Assembly: GCA_038217285.1 (NCBI GenBank)
Contig: JBBQPO010000146.1
Coordinates: 1 to 15,460 of the forward strand
Source: Chthonomonadales bacterium
Lineage (GTDB): Bacteria > Armatimonadota > Chthonomonadetes > Chthonomonadales > Chthonomonadaceae
DNA length: 15,460 nt
Reading direction: 5' to 3'
Both the position numbers and the translations under genes were made by a program. Positions 8,054-15,460 of the stretch are shown piece by piece. Within the stretch, counting starts at the first letter, position 1. Each line of letters begins with the position of its first letter. The notes below the pieces were generated by a model that ran no database searches, had not been told where the DNA came from, and saw nothing but the letters and a program-made list of their open reading frames with translations.

Positions 8054-11000
8054 TCATTTGCCGTCGCCGCCGGCGTCCGCGCCGGTCTCCGCATCGGATT
8101 CACGCTCTTCTTCCGAGGCTTCCACCAGAACCGCCATCTCTTTCGCCGTCTGGATGAGCGCGACACGATCTCCCGCGTCGATCTTTTTCAGTTTCAGGAT
8201 CTCCAGTTCGCGGTTGAGCGCCGGGATCTCCTTGTCCTGCAGCGCGGCGACTTCGCGGGCGACCTGGGAGACCTCGGTGTGCAGGGTTTCGATCCGGTTT
8301 CGTGTCGCTTTCGAGGGCGGCTCCGTGAGGCTGTCCAGCGCGTTGTTCATCAGGAAGATATCGGTCTGGACCGGCGAGATGGCCGGACCGAAGTCCCCGG
8401 CTGTCGCTGTTGCTGCCGTCGCCGCTCCGGCCTGACCGGGCGTCGTTTCGGTCGGCTTCTCCGAGGTGGCGACAGGGGTTTTGCCCGGTATTTTGGGCTT
8501 CGGAGTTTTCGTGCCCTGCGCCAGTTCCGTCTGGAGGTCGCTGACACGCTTCGCGAGGGCGGTGACCCTGTCTTTGACGGACTGCGGCGCGGCGGCAAGA
8601 TCCTTGGCGCCGGTGAGTGTCGTACACTGCGTCTTCAGGCTGAGAAGGGTGTTGCGGGCCTGGTTGAAGGTGGCGGAGATGCCATTGACGCGCAGAACCA
8701 GATCGTAACGCGCTTTGCGGTCCCGATCCGTCTGCACGATACGCGGGTCGTCTTCGACCACGATCTGCCTCGTGATCTCCTCCTTCCCCGCCGTCAACCG
8801 CACCAGATAGGTTCCCGGCAGCACACGAGGCCCGCGCGGCCCTCCGAGCCGGCCCCCACCGCGTCCGCCGCCCTGACCGGTCCGTGCGGTTCCCACGGTC
8901 GTATAGGCAGCGTCGGCCTGTCCAGCAGGACGTCCTCCCCCAGCCTGTGGGGTTCCCACGGTAGTATAGGTGATGTCGGCCTGCCCAGCCGGGCGCGATG
9001 CTCCCGTTTGCGGTGCTCCGACAGGCGTAAAGGTAACCTCCGCCTGGGCTGTACCGCTGGTTCTCTGCACCGGTCGTGTCGGCCTTGTCGGGCCTGCCGG
9101 GGTCGGCTGCGCTCCGACACGCATATCCCAGAGCACGCGATAGAGCCCCGGCTCCGAGGCCAAGTCCACCAGTTCGCGCAGGACGGTCTTGCCGCTCTTA
9201 TCCAGGATCGTCAGTTTCACCGCGCCGTCCGGCTTGCTCTTGAGGTAGTAGGTGAGCATCGCGGCGTTGGGCGCGTTGGGCGAGGTGAAGATCCGGCTGC
9301 CGGTCACGGCTTTCGTGTTGGCGAGGCGGAACTGCACCGAAGTGCGGGGGTCGAACAGCATGGCGTTCGTCGTGCTGGTCTTGCCTGCCAACTGCTCCAT
9401 CCAGGTGATGTCATCGAGCACCCAGACGCCGCGCCCGTGCGTACCCAGAATCAGGTCGTGCTCACGCGGATGTACCTGAATATCGTTGACAGGAACCGTC
9501 GGCAGGGGAGACGGTGGGCGCATCCAACTCCCGCCCCGATCAAAGGAGATCCAGAGGCCGCGCTCCGTGCCGACGAACAGCAGTTCGGGCGTATGCGGGT
9601 CTTCCCGAATCGCCTTGACCGTGCCGCCTTCCGGCAGGTTCGCCACGAGGGACTTCCAGGTGGCGCCGAAATCGTCCGAGACGAAGAGATAGGGCTTGAA
9701 GTCCGCGCTGCGATGGCCGTCGAAGGTGGCGTAGACGCGTCCTTCCGCGTAGGTCGAGGCGAGGACGCGTGTGACATACGTTCCTTTTGGAACTCCCACA
9801 CTGCCGACCACATTTTTCCAGGTGCTGCCGTCGTCCCGCGAGACCTGCAGGTTGCCGTCGTCGGTACCGACATAGATCACGCCTGCCCGAACCGGCGATT
9901 CCGTCACAGTGACGATCTCTCCAAAGCTGTCCTGGCCGTCGTTGGTCGCCATCGTCTCTTTGCTGGGAACGACGCCCATGATCGGCATCTTGGAGCGGTC
10001 CGGACTGGTGGACAGGTCTTCTGTGCGCCGCCAACTGTCGCCGCGGTCGTTGGAGATGAAGAGGCGATTGCCCGCGACGAAGAGCTTGTTGTGATCGTGC
10101 GCGGAGATGAGGATCGGGGTGTTCCAGTCGAAACGATAGGGGGCCTCTCCGGGATTCGGGCGTGGGCGAATGCTCTTGCTCTCGCCTGTGCGCACATTCA
10201 TGCGGGCGACCGCTCCCTGCTGCGATTCGCTGTAGATCGTCTTGTCGTCCATCGGATCGGCCTGCACATAGAAGCCGTCGCCGCCGCCGACATTGATCCA
10301 TTCGTCGTTGGTAGGCCCGCGATAGGTGAGCGTGGAGCTCGGGCAGCCCCAACTGCCGTTGTCCTGCAGGCCGCCGTAGATCCAGTAGGGGCGGCGCATA
10401 TCGTAGTGGACTTCGTAGAACTGCGCGAGCGCCAGGACGTTCATATAGTCCCAGGTGCGGCCGGCATCGTAGGTCCACTGGATGCCGCCGTCGCAGCCCA
10501 CCAGCGCCTGAGTGGGATTGGCCGGGTCGATCCAGATCGCATGCACGTCGGCATGGATCGCGGGGCCGACAGGGCGAAAGGTCTTGCCTCCGTCGTTCGA
10601 GACGCCCATGCTGACGCCTGCCATCCAGATATGCTGATCGTCTTTGGGATCGACGCGGATCTGGCTGAAATAGCAGGGGCGGTAGGCATAGATGGACATA
10701 TTGACGGTGCCCATCTTCTTCCAGGTCTCCCCCTGATCTTCGGAGCGGAAGACGCCGCCGTTCGCGTTCTCGACGCAAGCGTAGACGATTTTGGAGTCTT
10801 TGCGATAGATGTCGAGCCCGATGCGTCCGGTCGCGCCGGTCGGCAGGCCGGTCGTGCATTTTTTCCAGGTCGTGCCGGCGTCGGTCGATTTGTAGATGCC
10901 GCTGCCGGGGCCACCGCCGTTGAAGCCGAACGCGGTGCGTCTGCGCTGGTAGGCGGAGGTGTAGAGAATATCCGGATTGGTGAGATCGGTGACGAGGTCG

Positions 11001-11590
11001 CTGCAGCCGGTATCCTCGTTGACGAACAGGGGGTGGGTCCATGTCTTGCCGCCATCGGTGGTCTTATAGAGGCCGCGGTCTTTGCTCGGCCCCCAGAGGT
11101 CGCCGCCTGCCGCGACGCAGACGACATCGGGGTTGCGGGGATCGATGACGATGCGGCCGATATGGTGCGTCGCCTCCAGGCCCATGTGGGCCCAGGTCTT
11201 GCCGGCGTCGGTCGATTTGTAGACGCCGTCTCCCCAGGAGGAGCTTTGGCGGTTGTTGGCCTCCCCGGTCCCGACCCAGACGACGTTCGGATCGGAGGGC
11301 GCGACCGTCACATCGCCGATGCTGCTGACGGTCTGGTTGTCGAAGACCGCTTCCCAGGTCGTGCCTTTGTTGACGGACTTGAAGACGCCTCCTGCGGCGG
11401 TGCCGACATAGAGGATACTCGGGTTGGATTCGACGACCGCGAAATCATCGATGCGGCCCCCCATGATCGCCGGGCCGATATTGCGCCACGACAGATTTTT
11501 CAGCAGCGGTTCGTATCCGCTTGGTGTCTGGGCCACGCAAAAGCGGGGCGCAGACAGCAGCAAGCAGACGGATAATATCACACGCTTCAA
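8054..11590 (-). CDS. Secreted Asp-box (BNR) repeat, VPS10/sortilin-like beta-propeller protein (family usually annotated glycosyl hydrolase)
   Basis: TTG at 11590 lies 7 nt after GGAGGT and gives a signal-peptide-like start (MKRVILSVCLLLSAPRFCVAQ). WRNIGPAIMGGRI N-terminus, about 11 S/T-x-D-x-G-x-T/S-W boxes, YGGLQDNGSW, GGGDGF, LGTHGRGVW; Ig-like segment (LPGTYLVRL) and helical C-terminal tail. Confidence 0.9.
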   Translation of the reverse strand: MKRVILSVCLLLSAPRFCVAQTPSGYEPLLKNLSWRNIGPAIMGGRIDDFAVVESNPSILYVGTAAGGVFKSVNKGTTWEAVFDNQTVSSIGDVTVAPSDPNVVWVGTGEANNRQSSSWGDGVYKSTDAGKTWAHMGLEATHHIGRIVIDPRNPDVVCVAAGGDLWGPSKDRGLYKTTDGGKTWTHPLFVNEDTGCSDLVTDLTNPDILYTSAYQRRRTAFGFNGGGPGSGIYKSTDAGTTWKKCTTGLPTGATGRIGLDIYRKDSKIVYACVENANGGVFRSEDQGETWKKMGTVNMSIYAYRPCYFSQIRVDPKDDQHIWMAGVSMGVSNDGGKTFRPVGPAIHADVHAIWIDPANPTQALVGCDGGIQWTYDAGRTWDYMNVLALAQFYEVHYDMRRPYWIYGGLQDNGSWGCPSSTLTYRGPTNDEWINVGGGDGFYVQADPMDDKTIYSESQQGAVARMNVRTGESKSIRPRPNPGEAPYRFDWNTPILISAHDHNKLFVAGNRLFISNDRGDSWRRTEDLSTSPDRSKMPIMGVVPSKETMATNDGQDSFGEIVTVTESPVRAGVIYVGTDDGNLQVSRDDGSTWKNVVGSVGVPKGTYVTRVLASTYAEGRVYATFDGHRSADFKPYLFVSDDFGATWKSLVANLPEGGTVKAIREDPHTPELLFVGTERGLWISFDRGGSWMRPPSPLPTVPVNDIQVHPREHDLILGTHGRGVWVLDDITWMEQLAGKTSTTNAMLFDPRTSVQFRLANTKAVTGSRIFTSPNAPNAAMLTYYLKSKPDGAVKLTILDKSGKTVLRELVDLASEPGLYRVLWDMRVGAQPTPAGPTRPTRPVQRTSGTAQAEVTFTPVGAPQTGASRPAGQADITYTTVGTPQAGGGRPAGQADAAYTTVGTARTGQGGGRGGGRLGGPRGPRVLPGTYLVRLTAGKEEITRQIVVEDDPRIVQTDRDRKARYDLVLRVNGISATFNQARNTLLSLKTQCTTLTGAKDLAAAPQSVKDRVTALAKRVSDLQTELAQGTKTPKPKIPGKTPVATSEKPTETTPGQAGAATAATATAGDFGPAISPVQTDIFLMNNALDSLTEPPSKATRNRIETLHTEVSQVAREVAALQDKEIPALNRELEILKLKKIDAGDRVALIQTAKEMAVLVEASEEERESDAETGADAGGDGK
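8870..9058 (-). repeat. Three degenerate 63-bp (21-aa) in-frame tandem repeats
   Basis: GTAQAEVTFTPVGAPQTGASR / PAGQADITYTTVGTPQAGGGR / PAGQADAAYTTVGTARTGQGG. GGTTCCCACGGT occurs at 8888 and 8951, 63 nt apart. Confidence 0.8.
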
Positions 11591-11702
11591 AAAGAGTACC
11601 TCCGGTCCGTATTTGAACGTCAATGTCCCTGTAGATAAGGACGGTTGTCGCTCCGTTTCGTTTCTCAAAATCTGCGCTCCGTCGCTTGCGCTGCGGTTGA
11701 TA

Positions 11703-12581
11703 TCAGGGATGCATGGATTCGGTGCGGATGGTGAAGCCGTCGGAGGTGCAGGTGACGGCTCCGTCTTTGTCGGTACGGTAGATCTTTGCGCCGGAATAGC
11801 GCAGGCGGTCCAGCACCTCGACGCTCGGATGCCCGTAGAGGTTGTGCGCTCCTACGGAAATGACGGCGATATGGGGATGGGCGGCGGCAAGGAAGGGAAG
11901 CGTGGTCGAGGTGTGGCTGCCGTGGTGTCCCACTTTGAGCACATCGCAGGGAAGGGGTTGCCCGGAGGCGAGGAGATCGGCCTCTTCGTCGGCTTCGGCG
12001 TCTCCCGTGAAGAGGAAGGTCGTGCGCCCATACTGCAGCAGGAGGACGATACTGGCGTTGTTGGGAGAGCCATGCGTCTCCGCTTCCGTCGGAGCCAGGA
12101 TGCGCGCCGTGACGCCATCTTGAAAATCCAGCGTCTGTCCCCGTCGCGCTGCCAGGTAACGGACATGGTGCTCGGCAGCGTCTGCTCGCAGATGTGTCAA
12201 CATCGTCGAGTCGGTCTGTTGTCCATTGTCGAGGAGTTCTGCGGTCGGAAAACGTTCCAGCAGCGTCGCCGCACCCCCGATATGGTCGGCATGCGGATGC
12301 GTTAGAAGCTCCATATCGAGGTGCCCAATCCCCCGGCTCCGCAGATAGGGGCCGACGACTCGCCGTCCCTGGTTATCGCTGCCATCCGCCAGAACACCCC
12401 CGGTATCGATCAGCAGCACCTTCCCCGAAGGCGATTCGATAGCGGCCGCATCTCCCTGCCCGACATCGAGAAACGTCACCCTTAAGGGAGCCACCTGCCG
12501 GTGTGTCACCCCCCAGGCGACCAGCAGTCCATTGACCACCAGAAAGCATAAGCACAACCTCCAGAGCGTACGAATCGTCAT
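11703..12581 (-). CDS. Stand-alone ComEC/Rec2-type metallo-beta-lactamase-fold hydrolase with N-terminal membrane anchor
   Basis: LRVTFLDVGQGDA, LIDTGG, THPHADHIGG (HxHxDH), NNASIV, LFTGDAE, LKVGHHGS, ISVG..NLYGHP, YRTD..GAV; one hydrophobic N-terminal helix. Alternative start at 12611. Confidence 0.9.
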   Translation of the reverse strand: MTIRTLWRLCLCFLVVNGLLVAWGVTHRQVAPLRVTFLDVGQGDAAAIESPSGKVLLIDTGGVLADGSDNQGRRVVGPYLRSRGIGHLDMELLTHPHADHIGGAATLLERFPTAELLDNGQQTDSTMLTHLRADAAEHHVRYLAARRGQTLDFQDGVTARILAPTEAETHGSPNNASIVLLLQYGRTTFLFTGDAEADEEADLLASGQPLPCDVLKVGHHGSHTSTTLPFLAAAHPHIAVISVGAHNLYGHPSVEVLDRLRYSGAKIYRTDKDGAVTCTSDGFTIRTESMHP

Positions 12582-12634
12582 CCTACCGTCTTCCTCCGCG
12601 TTTCGCGTCACGCAAGTTTCAGAACGGAACTTGT

Positions 12635-13459
12635 CTATTTGGGATCGTACGGAATGGTGCTGCTCTCTATCGACACGTTATGCAGTCCGCGTGCTTTTAG
12701 CAGGCGATCAATTCCCTGTACAACATGATGGCGACTCAATTCTGCGCTTCCCACCCTGGCTAGTTGCCAGCCCGGCCCGATAATGATGCGCCGAACAGGG
12801 AGAGGGTTTGTTCCGCGAAGATAATCGATGTACGGCACCAACCTATCGCCACTTTCGCGAAATTTAACATCGCCGAGATCCGGGAATTTTATCAAACGGA
12901 ATTCCATTTCGGTTTGGAAGCCTTTGTGCTTCATGAAACTTGCTGCTGCAATGAGGGTTCGTGCGAACAGATCGTCATCTGTTTCCTGACGCAACGGGGC
13001 TAATATTTTGCGGGCAAAAGTCTTTTGCTTCTCGACATCGTATATGACCCAGCCAGCCACATCCGCTACGGTCTTTATGGCAACGATGTCGGTAGTAATG
13101 GAACAACCCATCCCATTCGCTGCATATCCGCGCCATTGTCCCAGTTCGTCCGGATTACCGCTGAAACTCATTTGGAAAGCATCGGTTTCCAAACTCCCGA
13201 TGGTCGCCTGTAGTTGGTCAATAATATTTTGGGCGTTACGTCCCGCACGCGATGTGCCATCGGCGACGCTGCGGAGCACATCAAGACCGAGTGAAAGCTC
13301 CATTCTATCATTCAAAAACTGAACGGGCGTGGCCCACGCGGAAGCCCACCCTGATTTGCCTTCAGGAATAAAGTAGCGTAACGTTCCGATCCGAGTATAG
13401 TGTGCAACGGAGGTTGAGGCCATGACAGGCAATGCGTTTTCAATGACGGAGCGATTCAA
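12635..13459 (-). CDS. DUF2971-like protein
   Basis: Recognised by eye: HYT near the N-terminus, FLNDRME, SFS..PDELGQWRGYA..G.G, KHKGF..E.EFR, IIIGP, SSTIPY. Start is TTG 13459 (3 nt after the upstream stop) or ATG 13423. Lower GC than the flanks. Confidence 0.75.
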   Translation of the reverse strand: MNRSVIENALPVMASTSVAHYTRIGTLRYFIPEGKSGWASAWATPVQFLNDRMELSLGLDVLRSVADGTSRAGRNAQNIIDQLQATIGSLETDAFQMSFSGNPDELGQWRGYAANGMGCSITTDIVAIKTVADVAGWVIYDVEKQKTFARKILAPLRQETDDDLFARTLIAAASFMKHKGFQTEMEFRLIKFPDLGDVKFRESGDRLVPYIDYLRGTNPLPVRRIIIGPGWQLARVGSAELSRHHVVQGIDRLLKARGLHNVSIESSTIPYDPK

Positions 13460-13462
13460 GGC

Positions 13463-13702
13463 CTATCGCCTTTCCCCTGGAGCTAATGGAAAGAGAAAAC
13501 CCACATTAAGCCCTTTGAGCCCGAGTTTGTCCCGCACCTTTTCGGTCACCTGGCGGTTCCGCTCTCTGGCGTCCTGCCCCTTGAAACCGTTCCATATGAT
13601 GTTCCCTTTAATACGATGATCCTCTTCTCGGATACCAGCTACATCAGAACCAGGAAACTCATCTTGGATAATTTTTTGAACTTCTTGCAGTGTTGCAGGC
13701 AT
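13463..13702 (-). CDS. Small 79-aa BolA-like (KH-type fold) protein, atypical
   Basis: ATG 13702 follows AAAGGAG. EVQKIIQDEFPGSDV...RIKGNIIWNGFKGQDARERNRQV...LG...LFPLAPGE follows the BolA pattern (FP; V-S-x-x-F-x-G-x(5)-R-x-R-x-V; TP-x-E) but lacks the IHAL motif. Confidence 0.7.
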   Translation of the reverse strand: MPATLQEVQKIIQDEFPGSDVAGIREEDHRIKGNIIWNGFKGQDARERNRQVTEKVRDKLGLKGLNVGFLFPLAPGERR

Positions 13703-13785
13703 GTGCGTATTTCTCCTTTGCCTGGCGGATACATAGTGTCCAGACAGCAGACGCGACGCTGAAGTAGCGAACTGTTCTACACCGA

Positions 13786-13794
13786 ATATTACCA
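13786..13794 (-). promoter_or_regulatory. Possible extended -10 promoter for the BolA-like/DUF2971 pair
   Basis: Minus strand reads TGGTAATAT (TGn + TAATAT) about 85 nt upstream of ATG 13702; no convincing -35. Confidence 0.3.
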
Positions 13795-13827
13795 CATCTT
13801 ACGCGTCATTGGTAGACCGAAGCACGT

Positions 13828-14622
13828 TCATTCTCGCGCTCCGGCTTCGATGAGGAGACGTGTCGCTTCGTCATGGCCGTTCTGCTTTGTCCAGGCGAGC
13901 AGTCGGGCACCGGTGGCATCGGCCGCGATAGCGCCCGCTTCGATCAGCAGGCGCATTGTGTCGGCGGAATTTGCGTCGTAGCGCAGTCGTGACACAGCCT
14001 TTGAGAGCGGACTTTTGCCCTCTTTATTGAGGTCGTTGACCTGCGCTCCGGCCTGAAGCAGGATCCTGGTGATTGCGAAATCCGCAGCATGGGAATGGCC
14101 GTTGAGAAGGCCCATGTGGTAGAGGAGAGCGGTCTCTCCCTCCGCATCGCGCGCGTGAAGGCTGGCTCCCTGGGCGAGCAGAAAGGCCACCCGTTCAGGC
14201 GACCCGTTCAGTACCGCGCTGATAAGCGGGGTCCAGCCGCCGTCTCTGGTGCGGGCGTTCACGTTTGCGCCGCGTTCCAGCAAGCGCCGAGCGATACGGA
14301 CATCACGAACCATGTGCAAGGCTGCGTAGCCGTCTCCATCATGGCCGTTGGGATCCGCGCCCGCTGCCAGCAGAATCTGGACATTCTGCTCACGCCCGTT
14401 CATGGCCGCAAGGTCCAGCGCCGAAAAGCCGTTTCCATTTCTTGCCGAGACTTTTGCCCCACGTGCAAGCAGGGCTCTAACCACAATCGGCGTACCGTAG
14501 TCGGCGGCCCAGACGAGCGCCGGTTCGCTTCCGTTGGGGAAGGCATTGACATCCGCATCCTCCTCCGCCAGACCCAGGGCATGCAGATTGCGGACCGGAT
14601 TGCGGTACAGGGGCTTCTCCAT
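13828..14622 (-). CDS. Ankyrin repeat protein
   Basis: About 6-7 repeats such as GFSALDLAAMNG...VQILLAAGADPN, GWTPLISAVLNG...FLLAQGASLH, GKSPLSKAV. ATG follows GAGGAG. Confidence 0.92.
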   Translation of the reverse strand: MEKPLYRNPVRNLHALGLAEEDADVNAFPNGSEPALVWAADYGTPIVVRALLARGAKVSARNGNGFSALDLAAMNGREQNVQILLAAGADPNGHDGDGYAALHMVRDVRIARRLLERGANVNARTRDGGWTPLISAVLNGSPERVAFLLAQGASLHARDAEGETALLYHMGLLNGHSHAADFAITRILLQAGAQVNDLNKEGKSPLSKAVSRLRYDANSADTMRLLIEAGAIAADATGARLLAWTKQNGHDEATRLLIEAGARE

Positions 14623-14631
14623 CGTCTCTCC

Positions 14632-14830
14632 TCAGTCACTCCCGACGCTACCGGAAATCTCCTCGTTGGCTTGCGCGGCATCGGTCCGCAGGCCGGGCTT
14701 CTCTTCCTTCTCCAGCATGGTACGGATCGCGTACACAGCCCTGTTCCCTCGCCTCACCCTGGACGACCTCCGGCAGGGAGTTGAGGACCGCATGGCGCAC
14801 CGAGGAGTCTGCGAAAGTCAGCGATGCCAA
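14632..14830 (-). pseudogene. Frameshifted HEAT-repeat-like gene remnant
   Basis: LASLTFADSSVRHAVLNSLPEVVQGEAREQ joins AVYAIRTMLEKEEKPGLRTDAAQANEEISGSVGSD* if one G is removed from the GGG run at 14739-14741. The repaired stop (14632) overlaps the ankyrin RBS. Confidence 0.45.
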
Positions 14831-15017
14831 CGGTGATCTATTTCGTTCCTTGCATTCCTCTTGTGTAAACAGAGGGAATGGACATCAGGACGCCGAAATC
14901 AATCAGACAGTTGGAGAGAAAAATCGAGACAGAGATTGAACCGGCGTCCTGCCTTCTGAGCCGAACACCGGGCAAGCATTGGCCGCCATAATATTTGGAT
15001 CGAGGAGCAGACAAGTT

Positions 15018-15203
15018 ATGTCCGTTAGTCTGATGCATCACGAAGAGACGCTGCTGTTCCATGAGCTTCCCCCCGAAAAACGGGAGGCGGCGAAAGCCTT
15101 CATGGTGCGTAAGCCCTTCTCGGAAGGCGAATTGATCTGTGGGGAGGGCGATAGCGGAGATACGATGTACTTCATTGAGAAGGGTGAGGTGGAGTTCTGG
15201 TAG
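15018..15203 (+). pseudogene. Truncated cyclic-nucleotide-binding domain gene (61 codons), interrupted by an IS
   Basis: GAGGAG RBS and ATG 15018. LFHEL...KPFSEGELICGEGDSGDTMYFIEKGEVEF is the first half of a cNMP-binding domain; it stops before the GE..FGE phosphate-binding cassette. Confidence 0.8.
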
Positions 15204-15460
15204 AACCGCATCAAACCGTGAAAATGTGAAAAGTGGGGCATGTCCTTCGTAAGTTTGATTACCAGATCCAACTTGCGAGGTCGCCATGCACCCACAACCT
15301 ACATTTTGTCCTAATCTCGCCTGCCCGTCAAGAGGCCAGAAAAACCAGGGGAACCTCCACGTACACGACAGCCTCAAAAACCGATGGAAATGCGACGTCT
15401 GCGAGACGACTTTCTCCGGCAAGAAAGGAACGCCGTTCTATCGCCTCAAGACCGATCCCC
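15199..15460 (+). mobile_element. IS1-family insertion sequence, left end (continues beyond window)
   Basis: GGTAGAACCGCATC... starts where cNMP-domain similarity ends and has the GG(T) start typical of IS1-family ends. A transposase ORF starts 87 nt later. The exact end cannot be confirmed without the right IR. Confidence 0.7.
15286..15460 (+). CDS. IS1-family transposase N-terminus (InsA-like zinc ribbon), partial; not in the ORF track
   Basis: GAGG RBS, then MHPQPTFCPNLACPSRGQKNQGNLHVHDSLKNRWKCDVCETTFSGKKGTPFYRLKTDP: C-x4-C...C-x2-C followed by TFS..KGTPFYRL. Confidence 0.8.
   Translation, partial: MHPQPTFCPNLACPSRGQKNQGNLHVHDSLKNRWKCDVCETTFSGKKGTPFYRLKTDP

Noticed and set aside
10865-11227. 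Near-identical ~36-bp repeats (CCAGGTCnTGCCGGCGTCGGTCGATTTGTAGAnGCC) as a possible CRISPR or mobile repeat
   Set aside because: They encode two Asp-box motifs (YKSTDAGxTW) within the CDS; only two copies, no regular spacers.
8039-11575. 1178-aa ORF on the + strand
   Set aside because: Antisense shadow of the Asp-box protein. Biased codon use in GC-rich genes suppresses stops on the opposite strand, and the product has no recognisable motifs.
14838-15422. 194-aa minus-strand ORF
   Set aside because: It is antisense to both the cNMP fragment and the transposase and crosses the IS boundary, so it is unlikely to be a real gene.

Overview
GC-rich bacterial window; the prepilin-like gene and overall gene mix suggest Armatimonadota, which is an inference. 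Left to right: a 5'-truncated DegT/DnrJ sugar aminotransferase, an NDP-sugar pyrophosphorylase and a DUF1559-type prepilin-like gene (all +); a class III adenylate cyclase-STAND ATPase-TPR gene (-); divergent from it, a small uncharacterised protein and a DyP-type heme peroxidase separated by a perfect 13-bp hairpin (+). Then a minus-strand run: a secreted Asp-box/VPS10-like beta-propeller protein with a 3x21-aa insert, a stand-alone ComEC-type metallo-beta-lactamase, a lower-GC pair (DUF2971-like protein plus an atypical BolA-like 79-aa protein), an ankyrin-repeat protein and a frameshifted HEAT-like remnant. At the right end a cNMP-binding gene is cut by an IS1-family element whose end supplies the stop codon. 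The best candidates for undescribed systems are the BolA-like + DUF2971 cassette (possible toxin-antitoxin or defence module) and the small protein + DyP operon. Family calls rest on motif recognition by eye; no searches were run.
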